From positions 1-49,065 of the forward strand of contig QLUS01000001.1 of NCBI GenBank assembly GCA_018725535.1: DNA of 49,065 bases. The letters run 5' to 3'. Shown piece by piece: positions 8,927 through 17,115 of the stretch. This stretch comes from Bacillota bacterium (GTDB lineage: Bacteria; Bacillota; UBA994). The position numbers and the translations under genes are program-made. Position 1 is the stretch's first letter. Every line of letters begins with the position of its first letter. The notes under the pieces are model-generated. The model worked only from the letters and a program-made list of their open reading frames with translations. It made no database searches and was not told where the DNA came from.

Positions 8927-10327
8927 CTACCGATTGAGACAGAACTCACGCGCTAGCGCTACAGCTTGCTCGCGGCCTGTTAGTCTACCCATGGCCGCCT
9001 GCTCGCTGAGATAGTCCATTGTCTCGCCTACCCACCTACCCGGGGGCAGCAACAGTTCGTGCATTAGTTCGGGCGCGGTAATTGGGAGCTCGGGACGAAT
9101 TACCTCTAGTTTCTTAAAAACCCAAGCCTCAAGGAAGGTCTCTGCCGCATGCACAATTCTTCCGTAGTTTTGCTCGTGTTGTGCTTGCTCCCCTTTGCCA
9201 AGGAAATCTGCCACCGCAAACAGGGCCAGCGGTACGCTTGCCTCACCGTAGCGCCGTGCTATGCGGTATAGGTGCCCGTTATGCAGGCGAGGCAACCTCC
9301 CTAGCTGGCCTAAGTACATGTGCCACCGCACAAAGCGAGCCAGTACCTTAGCTTCGGCTTGCGATAACTTAAGCCGCCCTGACACAGCCGACACCATCTC
9401 CTGCCCAACCTGTTCGTGGCGATAGAAAGTGATCCTGCCGTCCTCGCGTAAGGCTTGAGTCGGTGGTTTTCCCATGTCATGCAATAGTGCGCCTAGCTTA
9501 CAGACGGCCTGCATGTGAAAGTCAAGCTCCGCTAGTTCTGCCTGCACGCGACTCCTGAGCTTCGTAGAAAGGAAATCGGGGGAGTGCCAAACTTGCACAT
9601 AAAAGCGAAACGCCTGACGGGAGTGTTCGTACACGCAGTAGTTGTGGTAGCGGTTCTGCGCAACGCCTTTCTCTCTGGATAGCTCCGGCAACACTGTCTC
9701 CCACACACCTGCGGTGTCCAGCCAATCAAGCACCAGAGGCGCGGATGGGGCGTTTAGGATGCGTGCCAACTCAGCCCACACTCGCTCCCCCGCGCATTCT
9801 TTGAGCAAGGAACTAGCCTGTGCGGCCTGCAGTGTGAGCAGAGCAGTCGGCGTAAACCCATATTCCGCCATCAAGCGGGCGGCACGCAGGATACGCACGG
9901 CGTCGTTTTGCAGGGCATGCTCATGTGTGGGGGAGAGCAGCTTCTCCTTGAGATGAGCCCTACCGCCGTAAGGGTCGTGTACTCTGTCTAGGCGGCGGTC
10001 TAGATAGTCGCCGAGCGAGAGGACCATGGAGTTTACCGTGAAATCGCGCTGTGCTAGGTTCTCTGCTAACTCGCCTGATAGCGGCGATATGTCGCAAGTT
10101 GCCCCACCAAGGACAAATCTAAAAAACCCTCGCTCCGCGCTGAGCGGAAAGGGCGAACGTCCAAGGACTTGCTCCATCTCAGCTAATGCGTCATGGAAGC
10201 AATGGGCGGGCAGTAAAAGGTCGATGTCAGGGCTATCCTGTTCTCGCCCCAAGAAAAGATCTCGCACTGCCCCGCCGACGACTAATATGTCCGTCAAGCG
10301 GCTCAATTGCCGCAGTCGCTCGAGCAT
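8927..10327 (-). CDS. cca: CCA-adding enzyme / poly(A) polymerase-family tRNA nucleotidyltransferase with HD domain
   Basis: Nucleotidyltransferase motif VVGGAVRDLFLG...DIDLLL and an HD domain (LLHDMGKP). Confidence 0.82.
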   Translation of the reverse strand: MLERLRQLSRLTDILVVGGAVRDLFLGREQDSPDIDLLLPAHCFHDALAEMEQVLGRSPFPLSAERGFFRFVLGGATCDISPLSGELAENLAQRDFTVNSMVLSLGDYLDRRLDRVHDPYGGRAHLKEKLLSPTHEHALQNDAVRILRAARLMAEYGFTPTALLTLQAAQASSLLKECAGERVWAELARILNAPSAPLVLDWLDTAGVWETVLPELSREKGVAQNRYHNYCVYEHSRQAFRFYVQVWHSPDFLSTKLRSRVQAELAELDFHMQAVCKLGALLHDMGKPPTQALREDGRITFYRHEQVGQEMVSAVSGRLKLSQAEAKVLARFVRWHMYLGQLGRLPRLHNGHLYRIARRYGEASVPLALFAVADFLGKGEQAQHEQNYGRIVHAAETFLEAWVFKKLEVIRPELPITAPELMHELLLPPGRWVGETMDYLSEQAAMGRLTGREQAVALAREFCLNR

Positions 10328-10407
10328 TACTCCCCCTCCATTCCTAGTCTAAGGAAACTATAATCTGGGCAGACTCCAGCTTAGAGTGGGCAAAGGAGGG
10401 GTCTGCC

Positions 10408-10794
10408 ATAAACCTACGTGCTAAGGGTTACACGCTAGTGGAACTGTTAGTAGTAGTCAGCATCATCGCCGTTGTTTCCGCCCTAGTCGTGACGCGCATA
10501 CTACCTGCAGCTGCGGGAACTAGCGATATGTGGGGGAGCCTCATGGAGCGGGAGTGGGAGGCGTCCGCATGTAGATTTAACCAGAACATCGTGCAGAATG
10601 CAACAGAGTACTTTGCCGTTATGGAGAACGCCGGGGACGGTTCTTTTTGTAACAGAGACCCGTCCCCGGATTGTTCTTCGGAAACTACCGTTTGTCTCTT
10701 CGCCATCAACATCGCTGTTACAGCCACCTATAGTCTAGATGCTGCCAAATATATGCGCTTTGTTGTAAACCGCCGCCATGCCTCTATAATGTAA
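10408..10794 (+). CDS. Orphan prepilin-type N-terminal cleavage/methylation domain protein (possibly a gene remnant)
   Basis: The in-frame sequence INLRAKG/YTLVELLVVVSIIAVV is a classic type IV prepilin leader with G-1 and E+5. The only codon at the correct distance (7 nt) from AAAGGAGGGG is ATA at 10408. The ORF track starts at GTG 10438, inside the cleavage motif. The 3' half contains a palindromic repeat element (10633..10667). Confidence 0.5.
   Translation: MNLRAKGYTLVELLVVVSIIAVVSALVVTRILPAAAGTSDMWGSLMEREWEASACRFNQNIVQNATEYFAVMENAGDGSFCNRDPSPDCSSETTVCLFAINIAVTATYSLDAAKYMRFVVNRRHASIM
10633..10667. repeat. GGGGACGG...CCGTCCCC palindromic element, copy 1
   Basis: GGGGACGGTTCTTTTTGTAACAGAGACCCGTCCCC has an 8-9-bp stem and a loop of about 17 nt. 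A near-identical copy lies at 12054..12087. Confidence 0.8.
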
Positions 10795-10813
10795 GCAGAA
10801 AGAGGAGGGGAGG

Positions 10814-11260
10814 ATGGTGGTGAAAGTAGAGCTAAAGATTGACCCCGAGGTCAAGGAATCGCATGCTGTCGTATACGTTAGCAGCGTAACACCGGAAATC
10901 CAACACCTAGTTAACATGATCAGCGGACACCAAAATAAGCTCATCACAGGTCATCGAGATCAGCGCATTTTCCTACTTAGCCCTAAGGAAGTCATCTCCT
11001 TCGCCACTGAGAATCAACGAGTCATCGCACGCACCGAGCGAGGAGACTATGCTGTCAGGGTACGGCTATATGAATTTGAGGAGCAGTTGCGCGGGGAGCC
11101 ATTCGTTAGAATCTCCAACTCTGTTTTGGCCAATGTCGAACATTGCAGCTGACTAGAGATGTCCTTTAACGGCCTAATGACAGTTCGCTTCAAGAACGGA
11201 ACGACAGAGCCAATCTCAAGGCGCTGTGTGGCCAAAGTCAAAGCCTATCTCGGACTATGA
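10814..11260 (+). pseudogene. LytTR-family DNA-binding protein interrupted by an in-frame TGA
   Basis: ORF 10814..11152 ends at TGA 11150..11152. The same frame continues LEMSFNGLMTVRFKNGTTEPISRRCVAKVKAYLGL to TGA 11258..11260. This completes the LytTR domain (FVRISNSVLANVEHCS-*-LEMSFNG...ISRRCV) at a total of 148 codons. Confidence 0.7.
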
Positions 11261-11270
11261 GGTGATTTGA

Positions 11271-11702
11271 GTGAATGTTTATGTGAAAAGTGGGCTAGGG
11301 CGAGGGTTGCTAGGAGTCCCCGTAGGTGTATTCATCACCACGACAATTTTCTACTTGCATTCCCTAGTTATTGGACCACGGGCACTAGAGGCTCTAAGCA
11401 CAAATTTTGCGGTGCAATATTGGGCTGGCATTGCTGTAGGATTTATCTTTGGAGCCATGTCCGTTGTCTTTGACATAGATGAATGGACCCTAACTCGACA
11501 AACCGTGATTCACTTCGCAGTGACAGTGTCAGTATTTCTGCCTGCCTCCTTACTAGCGGGCTGGGTTTCAGCTGAAAAAGGCGCGGTGCTGATCTTTATG
11601 ATGACGTTTATGTTTATATATTGCGGCATTTGGTACACCCACTACGCTTACTGGCAGAAAAGGATCAGCGAGGTCAACTCGCGGCTGCGCCGCAGAGAGT
11701 GA
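11271..11702 (+). CDS. DUF3021-family membrane protein (usual partner of small LytTR regulators)
   Basis: 143 aa with 4 predicted TM helices. The GTG start is 10 nt after the LytTR stop, with GAGGTGA as RBS. The pairing of a LytTR protein of about 148 aa with DUF3021 is a recurrent gene arrangement. Confidence 0.6.
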   Translation: MNVYVKSGLGRGLLGVPVGVFITTTIFYLHSLVIGPRALEALSTNFAVQYWAGIAVGFIFGAMSVVFDIDEWTLTRQTVIHFAVTVSVFLPASLLAGWVSAEKGAVLIFMMTFMFIYCGIWYTHYAYWQKRISEVNSRLRRRE

Positions 11703-11717
11703 CATTCCTTCTGGCAG

Positions 11718-11746
11718 TTGCTCGAGGCCAGCGGAACAGGTATACT
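11718..11746 (+). promoter_or_regulatory. Sigma-A-type promoter of the cobalamin riboswitch/btu operon
   Basis: TTGCTC, a 17-nt spacer, then TATACT, immediately upstream of the riboswitch. Confidence 0.5.
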
Positions 11747-11759
11747 GTAGGTGTCAACT

Positions 11760-11940
11760 AAATACGCTGTGGGGTGCCCCTAGGCTTAGGGGTTAAAAGG
11801 GAATCAGGTGTAAATCCTGAGCGGTCCCGCCACTGTAACGGGTAGTGCCTACACTTGACCACTGTTCGCGCGGCGAATGGAAGGGATTAGGCACGTTACT
11901 CCCGTAGTCAGGAAACCTGCCCCAGAGCTAAGACGCCGTC
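11760..11940 (+). ncRNA. Cobalamin (B12) riboswitch
   Basis: Conserved core AAAAGGGAATCAGGTGTAAATCCTGAGCGGTCCCGCCACTGTAA and B12 box AGTCAGGAAACCTGCC. P1 pairing is CTGTGGGG / CCCCAGAG. It is followed by a terminator and a btuFCD-type operon. Confidence 0.9.
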
Positions 11941-11990
11941 CTTCGGTCGAAAGGACTAGGTCAAAGCTTTGTACTTAGCTTTGCATCGAA

Positions 11991-12026
11991 CCCTCAACCA
12001 GAAGCGGTTGGGGGCTTTATTTTTTG
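11991..12026 (+). terminator. Riboswitch expression-platform intrinsic terminator
   Basis: 9-bp stem CCCTCAACC / GGTTGGGGG, 6-nt loop, then CTTTATTTTTT. Confidence 0.75.
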
Positions 12027-12053
12027 TGTAAGGAGGAGAACGTTGGGAACATT

Positions 12054-12145
12054 GGGGACGGTTCCTTTTGTAACAGAGACCCGTCCCTTGGAACAAAAAA
12101 CCGTCCCCTAGAACCGTCCTCTGAAACAAAAAGAACCGTCCCTTA
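12054..12145. repeat. GGGGACGG...CCGTCCC palindromic element, copy 2, plus three further AACCGTCCC half-sites
   Basis: GGGGACGGTTCCTTTTGTAACAGAGACCCGTCCC (12054..12087) differs from copy 1 by one substitution. It is followed by AAAAAACCGTCCCC, GAACCGTCCTC and AAAAAGAACCGTCCC. The whole block sits between the riboswitch terminator and the btuF RBS. Confidence 0.8.
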
Positions 12146-12176
12146 TGTTCGGAAGCTAATTTAGGAGGAAAGTATA

Positions 12177-13076
12177 ATGAAACGCATCATTCTTATCTCG
12201 CTCATACTTGCACTCGCTTTTGCCTTATCGGGTTGCGCCGTGCTGAACGTGCTGCAGCCGAGCATTGTCGTAACAGATGACTTAGGGCGGGAAGTACGCC
12301 TAGAGCGTACAGCTAGCCGCATTGTGTCGCTTGCCCCAAGTAACACCGAGATGCTCTTTGCCCTAGGTATCGAGGGAAAGATAGTCGGGGTGACAACCAA
12401 CTGCGATTATCCGGCACAAGCTGCGACCAAAGAAAAAGTGGGGTCTTTCGGTACCCCTTCGGTGGAAAAAATAGTGAGCCTCCGGCCCGACCTTGTCTTG
12501 GCTGCCAGTTTGCATAAGACTGTGGGCGAACAACTTGCGGCACTCGGTATTCCCGTGATCGTACTTAACGCCGAGAGCATTCAAGGGGTATTAGACAACG
12601 CAGAACTGCTCGGACGCGTTACCGGAGCGGTAAGAGGCGCAGCACAGCTTAAGCGGCAGATTAGCGCGGATCTTAATGCTGTGGACGAGCGTGTGCAGGC
12701 CCTGGCTAATGAACAGCGCCCGTTGGTTTACTACGAGGTGTGGTCTAACCCCATCATGACCGCAGGGCCAAACACCTTTCTGCATGAACTGATCACCCGC
12801 GCGGGCGGTATCAACCTCGGCGCAACTGCCACCACGAATTGGCCGACGCTTTCTCTGGAAGAGCTTCTGTCGCGGCAACCGCAGGTCATGTTCTACGGGC
12901 ACGCCACAGAGACGGTGGAGCAGATCAAAGCGCGCCCTGATTGGGGCAGCATCCCTGCACTGAGGGAGGGACGGGTGTATCTTGTAGACGAAAACCTGAT
13001 CCTGCGGCCGGGCCCGCGCATTGGACAAGCTTTGCGGCTACTTGCCTCCCAACTACATCCTGACCTATGGCGGTAG
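12177..13076 (+). CDS. btuF: Cobalamin/siderophore-type ABC transporter substrate-binding lipoprotein
   Basis: Lipoprotein signal with lipobox LSGC, a cluster A-II periplasmic binding fold (IVSLAPSNTEMLFALG...PDLVLA), and B12 riboswitch control. Confidence 0.85.
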   Translation: MKRIILISLILALAFALSGCAVLNVLQPSIVVTDDLGREVRLERTASRIVSLAPSNTEMLFALGIEGKIVGVTTNCDYPAQAATKEKVGSFGTPSVEKIVSLRPDLVLAASLHKTVGEQLAALGIPVIVLNAESIQGVLDNAELLGRVTGAVRGAAQLKRQISADLNAVDERVQALANEQRPLVYYEVWSNPIMTAGPNTFLHELITRAGGINLGATATTNWPTLSLEELLSRQPQVMFYGHATETVEQIKARPDWGSIPALREGRVYLVDENLILRPGPRIGQALRLLASQLHPDLWR

Positions 13077-14107
13077 CAAAAAGACCTGCCGTAGTTCGCC
13101 ATTGGTCGGTCAACGCCCTCTTGGGTCTGCTATTGGTGCTGGCTCTGTTCCTGAGTTTGCGGGTGGGAGCGGTGGACATTGCTCCCACCCGCCTTCTTGC
13201 TGCTTTGCAGGAATTAGTGACGGAGCCTACGAATACTTGGTCAGTTGATGCCGTGATTGCTTGGCGGTTAAGATTGCCAAGAGCGCTGCTAGCTGCGGCT
13301 GTCGGCGCCGCCTTAGCCACAGCCGGAGCCATCATGCAGGGGCTCTTGCACAACAGTTTGGCCGACTCCTTTGTGCTCGGGGTGTCATCGGGTGCAAGTC
13401 TCGGCGCTGCTATTGCCCTGCTGCTCGGGCTACGGTTCACGCTGTTCGGCCTCGGCACCGTAACCCCGCTGGCGTTTATGGGGGCTATGCTGGCGATGCT
13501 TGCCGTGCTCATCATTTCGCGGCGGGTTGCGGGCCAGTCAACCCTCGGGCTGCTGCTTGCGGGGATCGCTATGAGCAGCGCTTTGTCCGCCGTAGTCTCC
13601 TTCTTAGTGCTATTGAGCCGCGAGCGCATTAACCCGCTCTTGTTCTGGATGATGGGAGGCTTCGCGGGCCGCGGTTGGAATCACTTCTGGCTGATGCTCC
13701 CCTACTTCTTTATCAGCTTCTTGTTTGCCTATAGCTATCATCGCTACCTCACGGCGATTAACCTCGGTGATGCTACCGCGCATCACTTGGGGGTAGATGT
13801 CGGCAGAGTACGTCTGCTCCTCCTCGCTACAGCAGCGCTGCTGACGGCGGCAGCGGTGTCCGTAAGCGGTATGATTGGCTTTGTTGGCTTGATGACGCCG
13901 CATTTCGCACGCATGCTGGTGGGACAGCACTACCGCCGCCTCTTGCCTACAGCGGCTATGTGCGGTGCCGTTTTCCTCGCTTTCGCCGACCTCTTAGCCC
14001 GTGTGGTCATGCGGCCGCAGGAGCTGCCGGTCGGGATCATCACTGCTTTATGCGGCGGACCGTTCTTCTTGTGGCTCTTATCGCGCCAGCGTCAGGAGGT
14101 GGCATGA
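13067..14107 (+). CDS. btuC: FecCD-family ABC transporter permease
   Basis: 346 aa, about 9-10 TM helices, FecCD signatures (RLPRALLAAAVGAALATAGAIMQ, GFVGLMTPH, GGPFFLWLL). The start overlaps btuF. Confidence 0.88.
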   Translation: MAVAKRPAVVRHWSVNALLGLLLVLALFLSLRVGAVDIAPTRLLAALQELVTEPTNTWSVDAVIAWRLRLPRALLAAAVGAALATAGAIMQGLLHNSLADSFVLGVSSGASLGAAIALLLGLRFTLFGLGTVTPLAFMGAMLAMLAVLIISRRVAGQSTLGLLLAGIAMSSALSAVVSFLVLLSRERINPLLFWMMGGFAGRGWNHFWLMLPYFFISFLFAYSYHRYLTAINLGDATAHHLGVDVGRVRLLLLATAALLTAAAVSVSGMIGFVGLMTPHFARMLVGQHYRRLLPTAAMCGAVFLAFADLLARVVMRPQELPVGIITALCGGPFFLWLLSRQRQEVA

Positions 14108-14916
14108 TGCCAGCCTTGAGTGTGGAGAACGTGTCATTTCGCTTTACTCAGCCTGTGCTCTGCGGCGTGTATGCGGACTTTGAGCAAGGCACTTTTTCGG
14201 GCATCCTGGGTGCAAACGGCGTAGGCAAATCAACCCTCGTTAAGCTAATCAGCCGTTGGTTGCCAATGCAGGATGGCGCGATCCGCGTCCACAACCGCCC
14301 GCTCGATACGTTTAATCAGCGCGAGCTGGCCCGCTATGTGGCCGTCGTTCCGCAGGAGCAGGCACATATCACGGAGCTGACAGTCCGGGAGATTGTAGAG
14401 CTTGGTCGCATTCCGCACCAAGGGTTACTTGCTCCCCCTACTGCGGCTGACAGGCGCGCAGTAGACGATGCGCTCGCACAGACAGGGCTACAAGGACTAG
14501 AGACGCGGAGCTTCGCCACGCTTAGCGGTGGGGAGCGACAGCGCGTACGCGTGGCTATGGCCCTAGCCCAGGCGGCCGACATCTTAATCCTCGATGAGCC
14601 TACATCCCATCTCGACATACGATATCAAATAGAGCTGTTGACTCTGCTGGGCGAACTAGTGACCAAGGGATACACAGTGGTAGCCGTGCTGCACGACATT
14701 AACCTAGCGGCGCTCTTTTGCGATCACCTAGTGCTACTCGCTGACGGTCGCGTGCTCCGCGCAGGCCCGCCAGCGGAGGTAATAACGCGTGAGGCCATCT
14801 TAGAGGCGTACCAATGCGATGTCTCGTTGCTTTCCCACCCGACAGTCAACGTACCCCAGATTGCGCTGACGCGCAATAGGAAGCAGCAAATTCCCGGGAG
14901 GGCTGTGTGTGATTGA
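14104..14916 (+). CDS. btuD: ABC transporter ATP-binding protein
   Basis: Walker A GANGVGKST, signature LSGGERQR, Walker B ILILDEPTSHLD. ATG 14104 overlaps the btuC stop (ATGA). The longer ORF-track start at 13960 lies inside btuC. Confidence 0.9.
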   Translation: MMPALSVENVSFRFTQPVLCGVYADFEQGTFSGILGANGVGKSTLVKLISRWLPMQDGAIRVHNRPLDTFNQRELARYVAVVPQEQAHITELTVREIVELGRIPHQGLLAPPTAADRRAVDDALAQTGLQGLETRSFATLSGGERQRVRVAMALAQAADILILDEPTSHLDIRYQIELLTLLGELVTKGYTVVAVLHDINLAALFCDHLVLLADGRVLRAGPPAEVITREAILEAYQCDVSLLSHPTVNVPQIALTRNRKQQIPGRAVCD

Positions 14917-16201
14917 TGTCCTAGTTGTAGGCGGCGGGGCGGCTGGATTGTCGGCGGCGATTGCTGCCGGGCGCGCGGGCGCAAAGGTAATGGTACTAGA
15001 GAAGCGGAACCGCCTCGGCAAAAAGATTCTCGCCAGTGGCAATGGCCGCTGTAATCTCAGTAACTTGAGCCTGTCACCGGGACACTTTGTTAGTCACGAC
15101 TTAGAGCTCCTCAGTCCGCTACTGGAGAAGTTCTCTGTCAGACATGCCTATGCCTATTGGCGAGAACTGGGACTAGAACTCACCACCGAGGACGGTCGCG
15201 TCTATCCCCGCACGATGCAGGCCAAGAGCGTCTTAGAGGTCCTCCTGCATGAGCTAACACGCCTTGACGCGCATCTAACGCTCAATGCTCCTGTCACCGC
15301 CATCCAAGCGCTAGATGTGTGTCAGGGGCTAGAGGTGGTGTTTCAGGATGAGAGCGCATTGCGGGCTCGCTCGGTTGTCTTGGCTACCGGTGGTAAAGCT
15401 GCTCTCCGCGGGCTTGATGTTGATGACATTTCCCAACTGGCTCGCTCGGTTGTCTTGGCTACCGGTGGTAAAGCTGCGCCGCAGCTCGGCTGCAGCGGAG
15501 ACGGGTACACTTTGGCGGCCGCGTTCGGGCATACGGTTGTACCGCCAGCACCGGCACTGGTCGGCCTGCGGCTGGCCAGCCCTTACCTCAAGCTGCTTTC
15601 GGGTTTACGCTTGCAGGCGCGAGTGTCCATACCCGAGCTGGCGCGAGAAGAAGCGGGAGAGGTCCTCTTTACTGACTACGGCATCTCTGGGATCCCGGTG
15701 TTTGACTTAACCGCGTATATCGGGCATGGCAAATCATTGACGTTGCACCTTTGTCTTGCGGAGCAAACGTGCCTTGCGGACCTCTGTGCCTTCCTAGAAG
15801 CTCGGCTAGAGTTCCTTTACCACAAAAACATACACGACGCTCTCCAGGGCTATGTCCCCACGCATCTCATAACGCCTCTCTTGCGCGAGGCAGGCCTACC
15901 TCCCGACCTACCCGCACACAAGGCACAAGGCAACCCTCTGACTAGACTTGCGACACTCCTATGGGACTGGACATTCCCTATCCTTGGACTTAACACATGG
16001 GAGCAAGCGCAGACCACGTGGGGCGGCGTGCCGTTAGGCGAGGTGGAAGTTCCATCCCTTAGGTCAAAAAAGCACCCCGGCCTATTTCTAGCCGGGGAAG
16101 TGCTTGATGTGCATGGCAGATGCGGCGGCTACAATCTTCACTGGGCCTTTGCCAGCGGCAAAGCAGCCGGGGAAAGTGCGGCCCTTTTGGGTACGTATTA
16201 G
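14909..16201 (+). CDS. HI0933/BaiN-type FAD-dependent oxidoreductase (aminoacetone oxidase family)
   Basis: DVLVVGGGAAGLSAA dinucleotide fold, GKKILASGNGRCNLSN, and C-terminal GEVLDVHGRCGGYNL. The GTG start overlaps the btuD stop by 8 nt. An internal 39-bp exact direct repeat is spaced 75 bp apart. Confidence 0.85.
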   Translation: MIDVLVVGGGAAGLSAAIAAGRAGAKVMVLEKRNRLGKKILASGNGRCNLSNLSLSPGHFVSHDLELLSPLLEKFSVRHAYAYWRELGLELTTEDGRVYPRTMQAKSVLEVLLHELTRLDAHLTLNAPVTAIQALDVCQGLEVVFQDESALRARSVVLATGGKAALRGLDVDDISQLARSVVLATGGKAAPQLGCSGDGYTLAAAFGHTVVPPAPALVGLRLASPYLKLLSGLRLQARVSIPELAREEAGEVLFTDYGISGIPVFDLTAYIGHGKSLTLHLCLAEQTCLADLCAFLEARLEFLYHKNIHDALQGYVPTHLITPLLREAGLPPDLPAHKAQGNPLTRLATLLWDWTFPILGLNTWEQAQTTWGGVPLGEVEVPSLRSKKHPGLFLAGEVLDVHGRCGGYNLHWAFASGKAAGESAALLGTY

Positions 16202-17091
16202 TTTGACACGAATCGTCCGCCGCTTGGGGCTAATACCTTAATGCCCCCCAGCACAATATGAGCATCTACAGGCGTGCTGCCGTAAACGGTGCCGTCAAAC
16301 ATCTTTGTCATGCTCCGCGCGGCAGAAATCTTGATAGTCCTGCAGGCAAAGAACTCCACGGCAGGGTGTCCTACATGTCCGCCGGAGTACACCTTCGGCA
16401 GCAGCGCAAGCAGGTCAAGCCTGCTAAGTTCGTTGACGAGACACACATGCAGCAGACCGTCATTGAGTTTCGCCTCGGGGGCTACATACATCCCGCCGCC
16501 CGTCCAGCAGGAATTCATAATAAACACCGCCACCGTCTTGCGGCACACCTTTTTGCCGTCAAGCTCAATCTCCATTTCCTCCGGCGTAAGCGCATGTATC
16601 ACCTTGACTACTGCTGCGGCGATGGCCAGCGGCCCGCGCAGGAAGTCTTTGTACTTGTTGACGTGAGTCATAACCTCCGACGTAAAGCCAAGACCTAGGA
16701 TCACGCCAAAGGCGGCGTCAGTGTCAACGCCATAGTCAATGGTGCGCGTAGGGGCGCTCGCCAGAGCACCCACAGCAGCGCTAATCTCAAGTGGTATGTT
16801 AAGTCCACGTGCCAAGTCGTTCCCCGTGCCGGTAGGAACAACCGCTAGAGTCGCATCCGAACCTATTAGGCCATTGAGCACCTCGTGGGCCGTACCATCG
16901 CCCCCCATTGCACCGACGACTTCCGCACCGTTTTGTACTAGTTCCCGCGCCAGCTCTGTGGCGTGGCGTGGTGCCTTAGTTAGATAGAGTCGATAAGGGA
17001 TATTTCTGGCTTGCAGTGCGCTTTCCATCAGCGGAAGCGCTTTTTGCGTTCGACCACGCCCGGCGATTGGGTTAACTACTATATGCCACAC
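16198..17091 (-). CDS. dagK: Diacylglycerol/lipid kinase (YegS/DagK family)
   Basis: IVVNPIAGRGR N-terminus and the MGGDGTAHEV catalytic motif. Confidence 0.82.
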   Translation of the reverse strand: MWHIVVNPIAGRGRTQKALPLMESALQARNIPYRLYLTKAPRHATELARELVQNGAEVVGAMGGDGTAHEVLNGLIGSDATLAVVPTGTGNDLARGLNIPLEISAAVGALASAPTRTIDYGVDTDAAFGVILGLGFTSEVMTHVNKYKDFLRGPLAIAAAVVKVIHALTPEEMEIELDGKKVCRKTVAVFIMNSCWTGGGMYVAPEAKLNDGLLHVCLVNELSRLDLLALLPKVYSGGHVGHPAVEFFACRTIKISAARSMTKMFDGTVYGSTPVDAHIVLGGIKVLAPSGGRFVSN

Positions 17092-17115
17092 TTCTTCTGC
17101 CCCCTTGTGAACACG

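Noticed and set aside
12037-12108. A 23-codon small ORF (TTG 12043, MGTLGTVPFVTETRPLEQKTVP) preceded by AAGGAGG inside the palindromic element.
   Set aside because: The peptide is simply the translation of the repeat. The other copy (10633) is read in a different context, and there is no independent evidence of coding. It is kept only as a note.
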